From Octopus bimaculoides (Eukaryota): 64,000 bases of DNA. Made by a program: the position numbers and the translations under genes. This document shows, one piece after another, positions 1 to 12,256 of the stretch. The notes below the pieces were generated by a model. It had not been told where the DNA came from, searched no databases, and saw only the letters and a program-made list of their open reading frames with translations. Position 1 is the stretch's first letter. Every line of letters starts with the position of its first letter. The stretch lies in NCBI RefSeq assembly GCF_001194135.2, contig NC_068981.1, forward strand, positions 40,960,987-41,024,986, in the 5' to 3' direction.

Positions 1-330
1 AACTTTCATAACCTGATCTAACAGCTTGATGCCTCTGTAATTATTTGTATCTAAAGCGTCACCTTTACCTTTGTAGCAGTTGACTATGATGCTGCTACAC
101 CAGTCATTGGGTATGACTCCTTCGTGTATCACCTGGTTCGTAATACGGGTGACTAGGCTATAGCCAACACTGCCAGATATTTTGAGCATTTCTGCAGTGA
201 TTCCTGATGGGCCGGGGGCTTTCCCGGTCTTCATACTCTTAATTGCTTTATCTACCCCGGTACTATCAACTCGGATAGCTGGTCCCTCTATTGGGTCGAC
301 ATACGGCAGGCTCTCTTCCTCCCATTCATT
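1..330 (-). mobile_element. RTE-clade LINE ORF fragment (start of RT domain), continues beyond the window edge
   Basis: Stop-free minus-strand frame reads KAIKSMKTGKAPGPSGITAEMLK…IPNDWCSSIIVNCYKGKGDALDTNNYRGIKLLDQVMKV, the typical RTE RT N-terminal region. Confidence 0.9.
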
Positions 331-712
331 TCCATTCATTCAAAAGAAATAAGACTTTTTCTCCTGTGTGTATTTGAAAACTTTTAAAACATTTTCAAAT
401 TTATGCGTACCAGAAATATAGTTTATTAACTGTAGAGTAAGCAAATTCATCATCATCATCTTCATAATCATCAATGATAACAAATTGTGTGAAAAAGTAA
501 AATCATTGTATAAATTCATGAGTGTTAATAATCAGTGACCATCCTAATTTTATTTTTTTGTATTGCTGAGAACCTTTGATCCATTTTTCTTGTTTCAGTT
601 TTTCTTGAGTTACTTTGCTCTATTCTTTCATTTCATTCACTTTTACTCCTCAATTTTCACTTTAAGGCTGTGATGAGTTTTGATTGTCATCTATTCTATA
701 TTTATGTAACAG

Positions 713-806
713 GGTGATCCACAATTTATTTGGAATGGTCATATCACCAGAGAGTTAGCCCAACAACCAGAACTTGGAAAATTTTGTCTACCAGTAGTTC
801 ATGGAT
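713..806 (+). CDS. SACM1L: SAC1 exon ([31 protein letters not shown])
   Basis: AG at 711-712, GT at 807-808, 94 nt, ends phase 1. Confidence 0.93.
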
Positions 807-3800
807 GTATCTTTTTACCAAATTTTTATTTTTGTATTTATTGTTTTGAAACTACTTTTATTCATAATTTGAGTTAAATGTAATTTTTGAACACTGAACT
901 GTTGTAGGAGACAGGAACAAAACTGAAAATCTTAAGAATGGTACCACTAACTAACAATTTATCTTGACCAATTGTTATAGGAGAAAGTGTATAGTTGATT
1001 GAGCCAATAGGAATTATTACTGGTATTTATTTTATCTAGAAGACAAAGTCACTCTAGTAGGAATTGAAGTCATAACTGTGAAGTAAACTAGTTGCTATAA
1101 ATCAGTGGTTTTTAACCAGGTTCAATATGACCCTTGGGGATCCATATAAGATTTTGTCGTTAAAATTTATGCACAATAAACTGGTCATATTTCTGCAATG
1201 CACAATAATTAAACATTTTTTAATACTATTCTTAATAATTTTCAATCCTAAAATTATAATAGTTTTTAGACATCAAATGGCTATGAAGGTCCCACCCACT
1301 GAGTAAAATAAGGATCAAAGGGGTCTATAGGCAAAAAATGGTTGAGAACTACTGGGATGGATAATCATTTCCAGCTCTTTGCTATTTCTGCCATCATTTA
1401 ATCCTAATATCAACATCAGAAAAAACCTCCAATCTTTGTTGTTACATACAACATTAGTCGTGGCTGGAAAACTTTCTTATCACCAAGCACTTCACAGCAT
1501 GAACTGGATGCATTTTACTGCACCACCATAACTAGAGTTTAAATTACTGCCTTCCTACACGACTTGCTTTCATTATGGCTGAAAGCTACATCTCTCCATG
1601 ATGCTACCAAAGAGGTGCAATGTCAAGACGAACATGACTTCTTTTAAGTTTCCATATACTTAATTCACTCAAAAGGATGTGGTTAGTTTAGGACTATAGT
1701 AGAAGACACTTTTGCTCATGGTGATGTGTTGTGGGATTGAACCTGAAAACAAGTGGTTGTGAACCTCTTAACATTACCATTCTTGTGTCTATAGCCATCC
1801 CCTGTGACCGTTAGAGCAAAAACAGATGTTTGTTTTTAAGTTGTAATGCGAAAAAGACATTATGCATTGTAGATGTCACTTTCAAGAGAATATACTCTGA
1901 CAAAGAGCTTTTCTAAATTCAAGGAAGTAATGTGAAAATGCATTAGTATATTGCTTTACAATATCCAATTTGTGTAAATTTGATTTCCATTTTATATAAT
2001 CTACCTGTGGGCTTAAGACTTTGAATCAATAATGTACAGTTTCAAATTCAACCACATGTATTGCATTAATTTTAGGTAGAGCACCTTTCACTCTTAAAGT
2101 TAGTCATTTTTGTTTTCCATGAGGTATGGATGCCAACACATAATCATTAGTACTAAGAAGAAGCCAACTATTCTGTTAACACTTGGTTATTTTGCATCTG
2201 AAACAATCCAGCTCATACTAACATGACTTCATGTTCATAAAAGAATCACTTTTAATAATAATTACATTTTCTAGCGTCGTTTATACTTTTTCCTTGACAT
2301 TTTCATCAGTTGTATCTATACGCTCTTGTACAGTCAACAATAAGGCCATAGACTATATTTTAATTTCCAGAAGATCAGTTTACAGAGCTGGTACTAGATT
2401 TTATATGCGAGGCTTAGATTCAGAGGGACAGGCAGCTAATTTTGTGGAAACTGAACAAATGCTTCTCCATGATGGCCATAAATGTTCTTTGGTGCAGGTA
2501 AATATTTTTTTATATCTCAAATTACCAATTAAACGTTTGTTTTTTTTTTGTACATTACAAGCAATTTTATTCCATTTTTATAACTTAGCAAAAATTGATG
2601 ACTTGCTATTTTCAATGGAAAGAAAAGCATTTTAAAAAATTTCATTAAGTTTCTCTGTTTTGTAAGGTTTAAGGGAGTAGAAACAGAAAAGGAATTTTGA
2701 AGGAATGGGTTATCTTTATAATATTAAACTAACTTTGAAAATTATAAACCTGCAATTTTAGATTGGTAAAGAGAGGGAGCAATGAGAGTAATGTTCCATA
2801 TTTTATAGGATTTTCTAACTCAAGTAATCTTATTTACTCACTTCTGATTTTCAAATATACTAAGTACTAGCATTGTTTCTGATTATTGTTCAGTTTCTAT
2901 GCTTCAGTTTAAGTGAATCTTTGACAATTCTTTGCTTTTTGTCACTTTGCTAGCAGTAAGAAAAATCATCTTATGTCTTACCCAAGTCTACTTTCAACTA
3001 AGCCTATGCCCTATAGCTAACTTCTATACTTGCTATGGAGCATAGGTTAGGCCAAATAGAGGAGCTAAAAGTTTTTAAACCAGTCTAATTTCTATTTTTT
3101 AATAATTTAACATTTAGATATCATTTAAACTCAAGTTCTTTACTTGCTGAGTAAAAAATTATATGGTCTTGAGCTCTATATTTTAGGATATCTATAGCAG
3201 TTAATCAGAAGTTTAAAAAATATATTTCTAATGAAATTAATTTTTGCATGACTGGAGCAATAATCTAAATGATAGAAATATGTAAATTATCTTTTTTTAA
3301 TTTCTTATTTACAGAGTCGTGGTTCAATACCATTGTACTGGTCACAGCGACCCAATCTTAAATATAAACCAACACCCGTTATCAGCAGTACAGCTAATCA
3401 CGTAAGTCTTTACAATTTTAATTGTCTGAAATATAATTATCATCTCATTAGAAAGACATTTTTCATTCATTCGTTCATCCTTGTCACTAATTCTAAGATA
3501 AGGAAGTTTTAAAGCCCCGACCGGCTCCCGTTTCAGTGGCACGCAAAAAGAACCCACTGCACTCTCATAGTGGTTGGTGTTAGGAAGGCATCCAGCTGTA
3601 GAAACATTACCAGGTTAGATTGAAGCCTGGTCCTGCCTCCTGACATCCAGTCCCCAGACAAACCGTCCAACCCATGCCAGCATGGAAAACAGACGTTATA
3701 CGATAATGATGATGATGAGAGTAGCTGGAAAGATGATGAAGATGGTGGTGATGAGGTGCCATACTGAAGTTCAAGGCACAAGTTGCTGTAAAAGTATAAG

Positions 3801-6800
3801 AGCGAATGTGGAAAGTGGATTGGAGGAGAGGGTAGGTAATTTCATAAGAGTGTGAATTTAGGGTGACAGACGGTTATAAATGGGGTAAAAGTGAATAGAG
3901 TGAGTGATGAACAAGGGTGGAGGTGTGATTGAAGGGAAATACTGGTATGGAGAGGGATGAGGTGAAATAGATAGAAGTGGCTTGGGTAAGAAGAGATGAC
4001 AAGTGGAAGCACTGGGAGGAAGGGATGTAGCAGTGTCATAAAACTGTAGATAAATGAAAAAGTAGGGAGATGATGTACAGAAGCAGGATGAGGAGATGTA
4101 CAATGACAGAGATGGATGTTAGCGGTACATTAAGGTGACTACAGTGAGTGGGGGGAAATGGTGAGGTATTAATGTCAGATGTGAGTGGGTGTTGAGAATG
4201 ATAGCTGATATGAGGTGTTAAAGATGAGATATGACAGACCTAAGATGTAACTCAGAGGGGAGAGAGAAATAACTGAAGGCATAGAAAGAGGGTTGTCTGT
4301 GGAAAATAGGTATGAAGGGATAAGAATTAGGGATGGATGTTAATAAAATGTGGTTTCTGGGGGGAAGTTTTGAAATATGTGCCAATTCTACCCTCAAATG
4401 ATTACAACAGCTGAGAAGTACCATAGTTAGAAGAGTGTTGGAAAAATGAAATGTGGGCAATGCTTGATGGTGGCAGATTGGGTTTGGGTCCCAACATATA
4501 CAAACATAAACATAATGGTTTTAGGACATCACTTTCACTGTGACAGATGGGTTTTATCAAGCATAGCAAATCAACTATCGTCTCTTCTCTGAGGCACAAC
4601 TACTTTGTCCTGTAGTATGAATGCAATAGAAAGGGTTTATGAACTCTATAGAATACTGTATTATGATTGTAAAATTAGTGTCTATACTTCTGAATTATGC
4701 TAGTATGATGGGCAGTCTCACATAGTGTTATGTGATGTGCAATATCTAAAGCCTGACTCAGATTAAAAAGATTTTTTTTACTTTCTGTTACACTTCACAA
4801 AAATGTGTATTACAATTTTATGACTAAATTTTCTTTTCTTGCAGATGGATGCCTTTAATCGACACTTTGATGCTCAGATTTATTCCTATGGGAAACAAGT
4901 GCTTATCAATTTGGTATGACACTATGGAATCAATTTAATCTTGATATTAACCACACCTAACTAAATGAATAATATATACTAAGTGATAAGGTATTGTTGT
5001 TAATAGTATAATTTTGTTATTAGATAAATTAATGTTTATAATTTAATTAAATAGTTAAAAACAACCAAATTGAACAAGGATTTTCTTCTAATTTGAAGAG
5101 ACTGATTGCAATGTAGATATGATAGAGAACTTTTCAGATGTCAGCCAGTCTGATTGATCAAGGAAAAATATAACATTTTAGAGGTTCTGGTTTGGTATTA
5201 ATTATGATGTAGCAAGTTATAATAAACCTTTATCAGCAATTCCCCATATCCTTGATTTTGCAGCTTCATTGAGTGGTTGCAATGTCTTTTCGAAGATAGA
5301 TTTAATTAGAGCATACAATCAAATTCCTGTTGAAGAGAGTGATATACCAAAAACTGCAATTACAACTCCATTTGGGTTGTATGAATTCCTTCGTATGCCT
5401 TTCAGATTGAGGAACACAGCAAATACTTTTCAGAGATTCATCGACGAAGTAACAAGAGATTTACCTTTTGTATTTGCTTATATAGACGATATTCTCATTG
5501 CTAGTCCATCAAAAGAAGTTCATGAAAATCACTTAATACAAATTTTCGAAAGACTGACTAAATATGATATATTGATAAATCCATCAGTATGTTTTCAGTG
5601 AATGCACTATATCTTTTTTAGGTCATCTCATTGATAGAGATGGAATTCGTCCACTGCCTGACAAAGTTGAAACTATTAACAAATTTCCAGTAACAAATTC
5701 TTTATGAAAGCTTCGAGAATTTTTAGGATTCATTAATTTTTACAGATGATTCATTCCACATTGCACAGGAAGTCTATTTCCTTTAACTGAATTATTAAAG
5801 AATAGGAAAAAGAAAAATGAAGCTATAACTTTAAAAGCTAGATAATGACAGGCTTTTCATTGCATAAAAGAAAAACTTTGTTAGCAACACTCTTAAACCA
5901 TCTAGTTCCTGAAGCAAAATTATTGTTGGTAGTTGATGCTTCCGATGTTGGAATCGGTGGAGCTTTACAACAATTTCATTGTGGTTCGTGGCAACCATTA
6001 TCCTTCTTTCCAAAGAAATTCAAGGCACCAAAAACGAAATACAGCGTTTACGCAGCCTGAGTTAAGATTTATGAATGGTGATAAATACTTATGATTAAGT
6101 TATCGAGTAGAATTCAGAATCACGTTGGGGTCACCAATTTATAACGGTTTTGACTTGGAAGAGATAATAAATATAATTATTTCTTGAGTAGGAAACTATG
6201 GTGATAAATCTGTCACTTATAACTTAATTATAAGTATTTATCACCATGCATAAATCCTAGCTCAGACTACATAAACTCTGTGGTGAGTTATACACATCAA
6301 GATGCTGAACGTGCATGTATGTTGAAGATAATAAAGCTCACTCTTTTTCACCGCTATAATAACAGTTTCATAGTTACAGAAATAAATTTCATAAACAGGT
6401 TGAAGAAAATGAAGAAAAAAAAAATTATTTACTAAATTAGTTTATTTACGTACATTTAATATTTACAGTACATTTTTATAGGTCAAAAGAAGACTGTCAG
6501 AGATTTACAACATAAAATTTATATTAACTAATTCTTCTGTAACTAAGCTACTAGAGTTTTAAACAACAATTCAAAATAGCCTTGTTGGATTAGATAAAAG
6601 ACTTGGCATGACAATGACCAATATCTCAAGAAAGTGAGTGTCATAGAATCGAGTGACAACCAATGAACACTGATTAATTTCCCAGAAATCAGGATTTTTA
6701 TAACTGCTCATACCTGAATTCTAAGACCCGTATTTCGTAAAGATTTCTCTTTGACGCAAGTTAGAATTCAAATATGGGCAGTAATTTTAACCAATGGGAA

Positions 6801-9800
6801 ACTAACAATTATACCTATTCGGCCAACATGACCATGACGTCATATTACTACCGATAAATGTTTATGATAACTTGCTACAATGGAAATAGGAGATTAATTA
6901 TACTCTTGGGAGAGAAAAATCCATATTAGCCCTGATCATGCTCACCTATGATTGAAAGTATTCCTGCTTTAACCTGCGCATCTTTTCCTTGGGACAGTGG
7001 CCCCAAGACCATTTAATCCACTTTGTCATTTTTTTTTAAAGACACTAGGATGCAATGTGAGGAAGATTTACCTGCTATGTATGACAGGTCAAGCAACAAT
7101 AGGAACTTCCTCATCAGTTTTATAATAGAGAAGTTGATTTGTAATATGACTAATGCTTGGGTTATTTATGCAAAATATGACAGCCATTGTTTTCACAGCA
7201 ATCAATATTCTGAAAGAAAAACACCTTTGAAAGAAAGCAGGAGATTTCAATGATTAGTGTAAAACCATTGTATCTGTAATGCAGAAGACATAAGATTCCT
7301 CATGTGAATATAATCTTCTGTAACATTAATTTCAGGAAGGTTACAAGCTAATTGTTTTCATATGACTTGAGGAAGACTGCTAGATAAATTAGGATTGTCC
7401 TAGATCAAGAACAAAATAAAAATTATTACCACCATTGCTCTTTGTGAAGAACTGAGCTTTATAATAAATTTTGTTATAGAAGATGAAAAATGACTTTGTA
7501 ATGATCGACTGACATGCATTATGAGCAAGTGGTTAATCTGTTTTGTGAGAAAGCAAACTTATAAAGGAAAGGTGGGTGCTTCTGTTGAATAACCTATTAT
7601 GGATCAAGCTAATCAAGCTAGCCAACAGTGAAGAATACATTAGTGGAACAGTAACTATTAAAAATTACTGGGAAATGTAGAAGAATTGGAAGAAGAGAGT
7701 AAATCAAAAGTAGAATAGGATTTAGCCAATATTTAAAAATTTGAGGATGAGGGACATGAAATGTTTCAATTTATAAGATACCATGTGGAAATTTGAGAGG
7801 ATCAATGATAAAGAAAGCATTCATTTTGTTACAAGTAAATGGATGAGAAATTGTGCATGCTTTGATAAGCCAAAGAGGAGAACACTTGTAAGGCAATAGA
7901 ACAGGCAAGAAAATAATGACTTTTCTATTACAGTTTGGTAGTTGGATAAATGCCAATTATGAGAAGTTAAGAGTATACAGAGGGTTATTTTTAGAAAATA
8001 TTTTGCTATCTTGTGAAATTTTTTTTATATTTCCTGATTAGATTGGAATAGAGAAATCTGTTATGCTGGGTAATTTTTTTGTGGTAGATGAGAGGAAATA
8101 TGTTGGATATACAACACTAACTTTGAATAAAGTTTGATCTTTGGTCAATTAAACACAATTAGCTTAAAGGCTGTGATTGACATTTATAAGATAATCAGCA
8201 GATTAATGATAAAAATGGTTAATGTATGTATCATGAAAAGTGTTGTGGATTAATTGTAGAAGATACATGCATTAAAGAGCAGTAAAGTCATGAGCAAAAT
8301 GGCTGCATCAGTCTGTATCTCACACTGATATCACAGACCTGAGACACCTGGAAAGGTAATCTAATGCATACTTTCAAATACAGCTAGGTAATGTCTATAT
8401 AAAAGTCTCTTGATAAGATTTTAAAGTGATCCAGAAGTGCTGAGTGATCCTAGTGGAGGGAATCTTTAAAAAAGAAAATGGAAAAAGTAATGAGGTCTGA
8501 TTTCAGATTAGTGAAACTCACAAAAGAGATGATGCTGGGCCACAAAAGGCAAGATGCTTTTCTAGAGAAGATTTGTCCAGCCTATTCAATTGTGGATAAA
8601 ACAGATGTATGTAGTGACAGTGTCTATTGTTGTTTAAACTACAATGGGAAATTATCAAATTAGTTCTTCTGTTCAGGTGGATTGTTAATTCAAATATCCT
8701 ACAATGCTAATATTTTCTTTCTTCAACTCTAGAAAAATTATCCTAAATATTACATTTCCTTATTATAACTTAATAAGAACAAAAACTTTATGAAATGATA
8801 AAATATATAATAAAAATTTAACCACATGTATTTTGAAATCTCATGATTAATATTTATCCAAATATTAATTATCAGATTCTCATTGTTGTGCATATTAGTA
8901 ATAAGTTCTGCAGAATAAAGTTACTATAGCTTTTTGTCTTAGCTTACTCCTCTAGAGAAACATAGCCAACATGTATGATTAGAGTAAAATGTGATATTTA
9001 TTTAATGTAATCTTTTCAATATTTTAGATTGATCATAAAAAACCTGAGGGTTACTTGGAAAAGGCCTTTGCTCAGATGATAGTAAATGCTGCAAACAAAG
9101 ATATCAGGTTGTAAAATTACATCTCTTCCAAACTAAAATAACTGAATATTTAAGACATTTTGTCATTTTCTTTTACACTTTGATATTGAAGAACATAAAG
9201 TAGATAATGCTTATCATATAACTGAATGAAATTTATTCATGCTATAAGACAATTGATAGGCTTGTGTTATTTTCTGGTTGCTACCTAGACCATCATGTAG
9301 CTTTTGTATTCATGAACATTTCACAGTTACTATTGTTGTATTCCCTATCAATGTTCAACTTTACAACATCAAATATCCTTTCAAGGTAACTACACATTCT
9401 TCATTTAGTTGGATTTTGTCTTTCAGAGACAAAAAATACTTCAGCCTTGAACATCAGATTATCCTATACAAAGCATAATATATGCTAGATTAGAATATTG
9501 CTGTACATTTGGGATAATATATCCTCCAAACACACTGTAGATTACAACCCCTCAAAAATTTAGAGATAATCAAGCTTTAACTCCTCATATTTCATAATCC
9601 ACTATTAAGATGTGCCCTTCCTCCTATTTTTCTAATGTCCTTAAAATCATTTCTACTCCTCTCCACCTAGTGACTGAAACATATATGATACACCCATTTG
9701 TGCTGCTCCTGTCTCCACCACCTCCACTGTGTTTTGTCCTTCTCAGAATTCATCTTTTAAATTGAAAATTCCTCACACTAATCTCATTCAGTTATGCTTA

Positions 9801-12223
9801 CACCTCAGTCTAGAATGGCATAAAAAGGCTATGGGCACTACCCCTTTTCCTCAGAACAATTAATAAAAAAGGTAAATGAACATACTTATTTCTTTTCATG
9901 TGACACAAGAGTCTTTTTGCAAGGAGAGAGTGTGAGGCAATAAAATTAACTTTAGTCTCTTATAGGTATCTATTTTATCAAGTCTAGAGAGAGTGTACTG
10001 AACATGTATGTGGCTCTCTACTGCTTGTGCTGTCTCCTCCATAATATATATGAACATACTAGTTTTTCCAATTTCATATTTGTAAATAAATTTTGTTTCA
10101 GTTTCTAGTGTAAGATTTTAAGAGTACATTATGAACTAAAAAGCTGGTTCTCAATATTGATTATCAGTCTTTCTAGGCTTTGATAAATAAAGCCATTTTG
10201 AATTAGTATGCAACACCTATGCTATTCAAATATGTTGAGTTTGTGGTAACCACTAAGTATTCATCAGCTAATTCAGTATTACATTGAGAGCTAATGATGG
10301 TTAACCCAAAACCCTTTTCAGTTGCAAGAGAAACATTAGATCAAGATTTTAAAATTGCATTTTTTTTTTTAACCAGATGGAATTAGTTTGTACCTGTAAC
10401 AGTCAAAGCCCTCCAACACTGGTGAAATAGTTGCAGTTTGTGTTCAGCTTGAACAGCTGTAAGTCAACAACTGTAAAAAGACATGGCAGAAAAAGAATTT
10501 CAGAGAGTTGACTTTCTGGGGATAAAAGATTGGATATAATGGTTAGTGTGTGTCTGAGGAGACAGTATAAGTGTATTGAGTGGTCTCGGGTGAGGGAAGC
10601 ATGCAGCTAGCTAATTCTGAGAAGCAATTATCTTTGAAGCAATGATAGGAAAAACAGTAGTATTCTCTTTTTTGCTTCTTAAATGGCTTGGTGGAGGCAG
10701 GCCAGAGTCATGATTCTTTGCAGAGCTTCCGTTACTTCAAAATTAGGTCTGGATGAGGAAAAAATTTAAACAGTTAGAAAGATATTGGCTGATCTATATA
10801 TGAGTTCAGAAGTTTAAACAGAGAACAGATTAGTTTGGGGCAAAAATGGAAATGGCTATTGGCCAGATGATAGTGTAGAAATAATTCAAGAAAATAAATG
10901 GAATTTTTGTACTTTGTAACATTGTTCAATTTACTGTATGAAGTAGCTGCATCACAAAGAATAGTTTTGATAGGCACACCTCATTACAAAATATTTAGTT
11001 TTCAAGCTTTACTCACAAGAAAATCATCAGTAGAGCTATGCACAGCATATATGTTCTCATTTTTTCCTTCTTACTGCTGCATATTCTGGCCAAGAGGGTT
11101 TAATCCTGCTTGATTCTATCTGCAGTTTTTTTTATATCTCAGCAACTAAAACTACTAAATTTGTTATCCACCTTACTTCCAACTCCACATTGTACATGTA
11201 GCAAACATCCTCCTTTTGAGCTTCCTTTTAATTATCATCACCTGCTAAACAACTGCTTCTGACAATATGCATATCCATCACCTTGTAAAACTACTTCTAC
11301 CATATTTACTATCCTCAGTCATTATTATCATCATCATCGTCATCGTTATTTAACGTCCGCTTTCCATGCTGGCATGGGTTGGATGGTTTGACCAAGGACT
11401 GGTGAGCCAGAAGGCTGCACCAGGCTCAATCTGATCTGGCAAAGTTTCTACAGCTGGATGCCCTGGAAAACTTCTACAATTACTTACTTTCTGTGGGTAT
11501 TCATCTTAAGATATGGAAATATGCAATTAAGTACCCTAAAGGTAGCTTTAACTTTTCAAACCACAAATCCAATATTTCTAAACTTTATGGGAATAATCAA
11601 TTCTTACACTGTCTGGAATTTCTGTCTTTCTTTAGAAATTATCAATACAAGTTACTTATAACCTGGTTCACTAGATAAATTACCGAAACCTTAAAAGTAT
11701 TTTATTTCAATGGGTCACTATTACAGAAAATATCCATGAATTTTAGTTAATATTATCTGTGTTAGACAGATGTAAACTCCATAACTTTGTATACAGTAAG
11801 TTCATGAATGGTGAAAAGGAATCAGCCAGACCAGTTTCAATCTTAGACACATATAGACAATATTTTATTTCATATATTATCCTCAAGCATACTAGGATAC
11901 CATCTAAGCAAATAGATATTGGATAACAAATTAAAAAAAAAAAAGAAACAAAAAGCAGCTCCTACCAAGTCTACAAACACACATGCACACTGTACACCTA
12001 GCAAACTTTACAAGATTTCTGTTCACATATGTAATGAATTTCTGCATGAAGTATCTTCGTTATTACATATGGATAGAATAGCCTATCTTGTGTACAAACA
12101 GGTGGTTCTGAAGGCTGCCACTCTATAATTCTATCCTTCTATATGTTCCCTTCCAAAATACATTAATCACCAAGCACCCATGCATTAGCCAACCTCATTT
12201 ACCTGTATGAACAAAGCTACCAC

Positions 12224-12256
<33 letters not shown>

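Larger units (their letters stand above)
5208..6879. mobile_element. TIR-bounded element (TGT…ACA termini, Ginger-like) containing a Gypsy RT/RNase H fragment
   Basis: TGTAGCAAGTTATAATAAACCTTTATCAG (5208-5236) matches the reverse complement of 6851-6879 at 26/29; flanks ATGA / ATGG. Confidence 0.55.

Noticed and set aside
7023-8700. Possible piggyBac (NAWVIY) and RTE 3' remnants
   Set aside because: Too decayed to support by eye; needs a profile search
9037-9045. HKKPE vs the family's KGxE as another editing-restorable site
   Set aside because: AAA to GGA needs two adjacent edits and the region is variable
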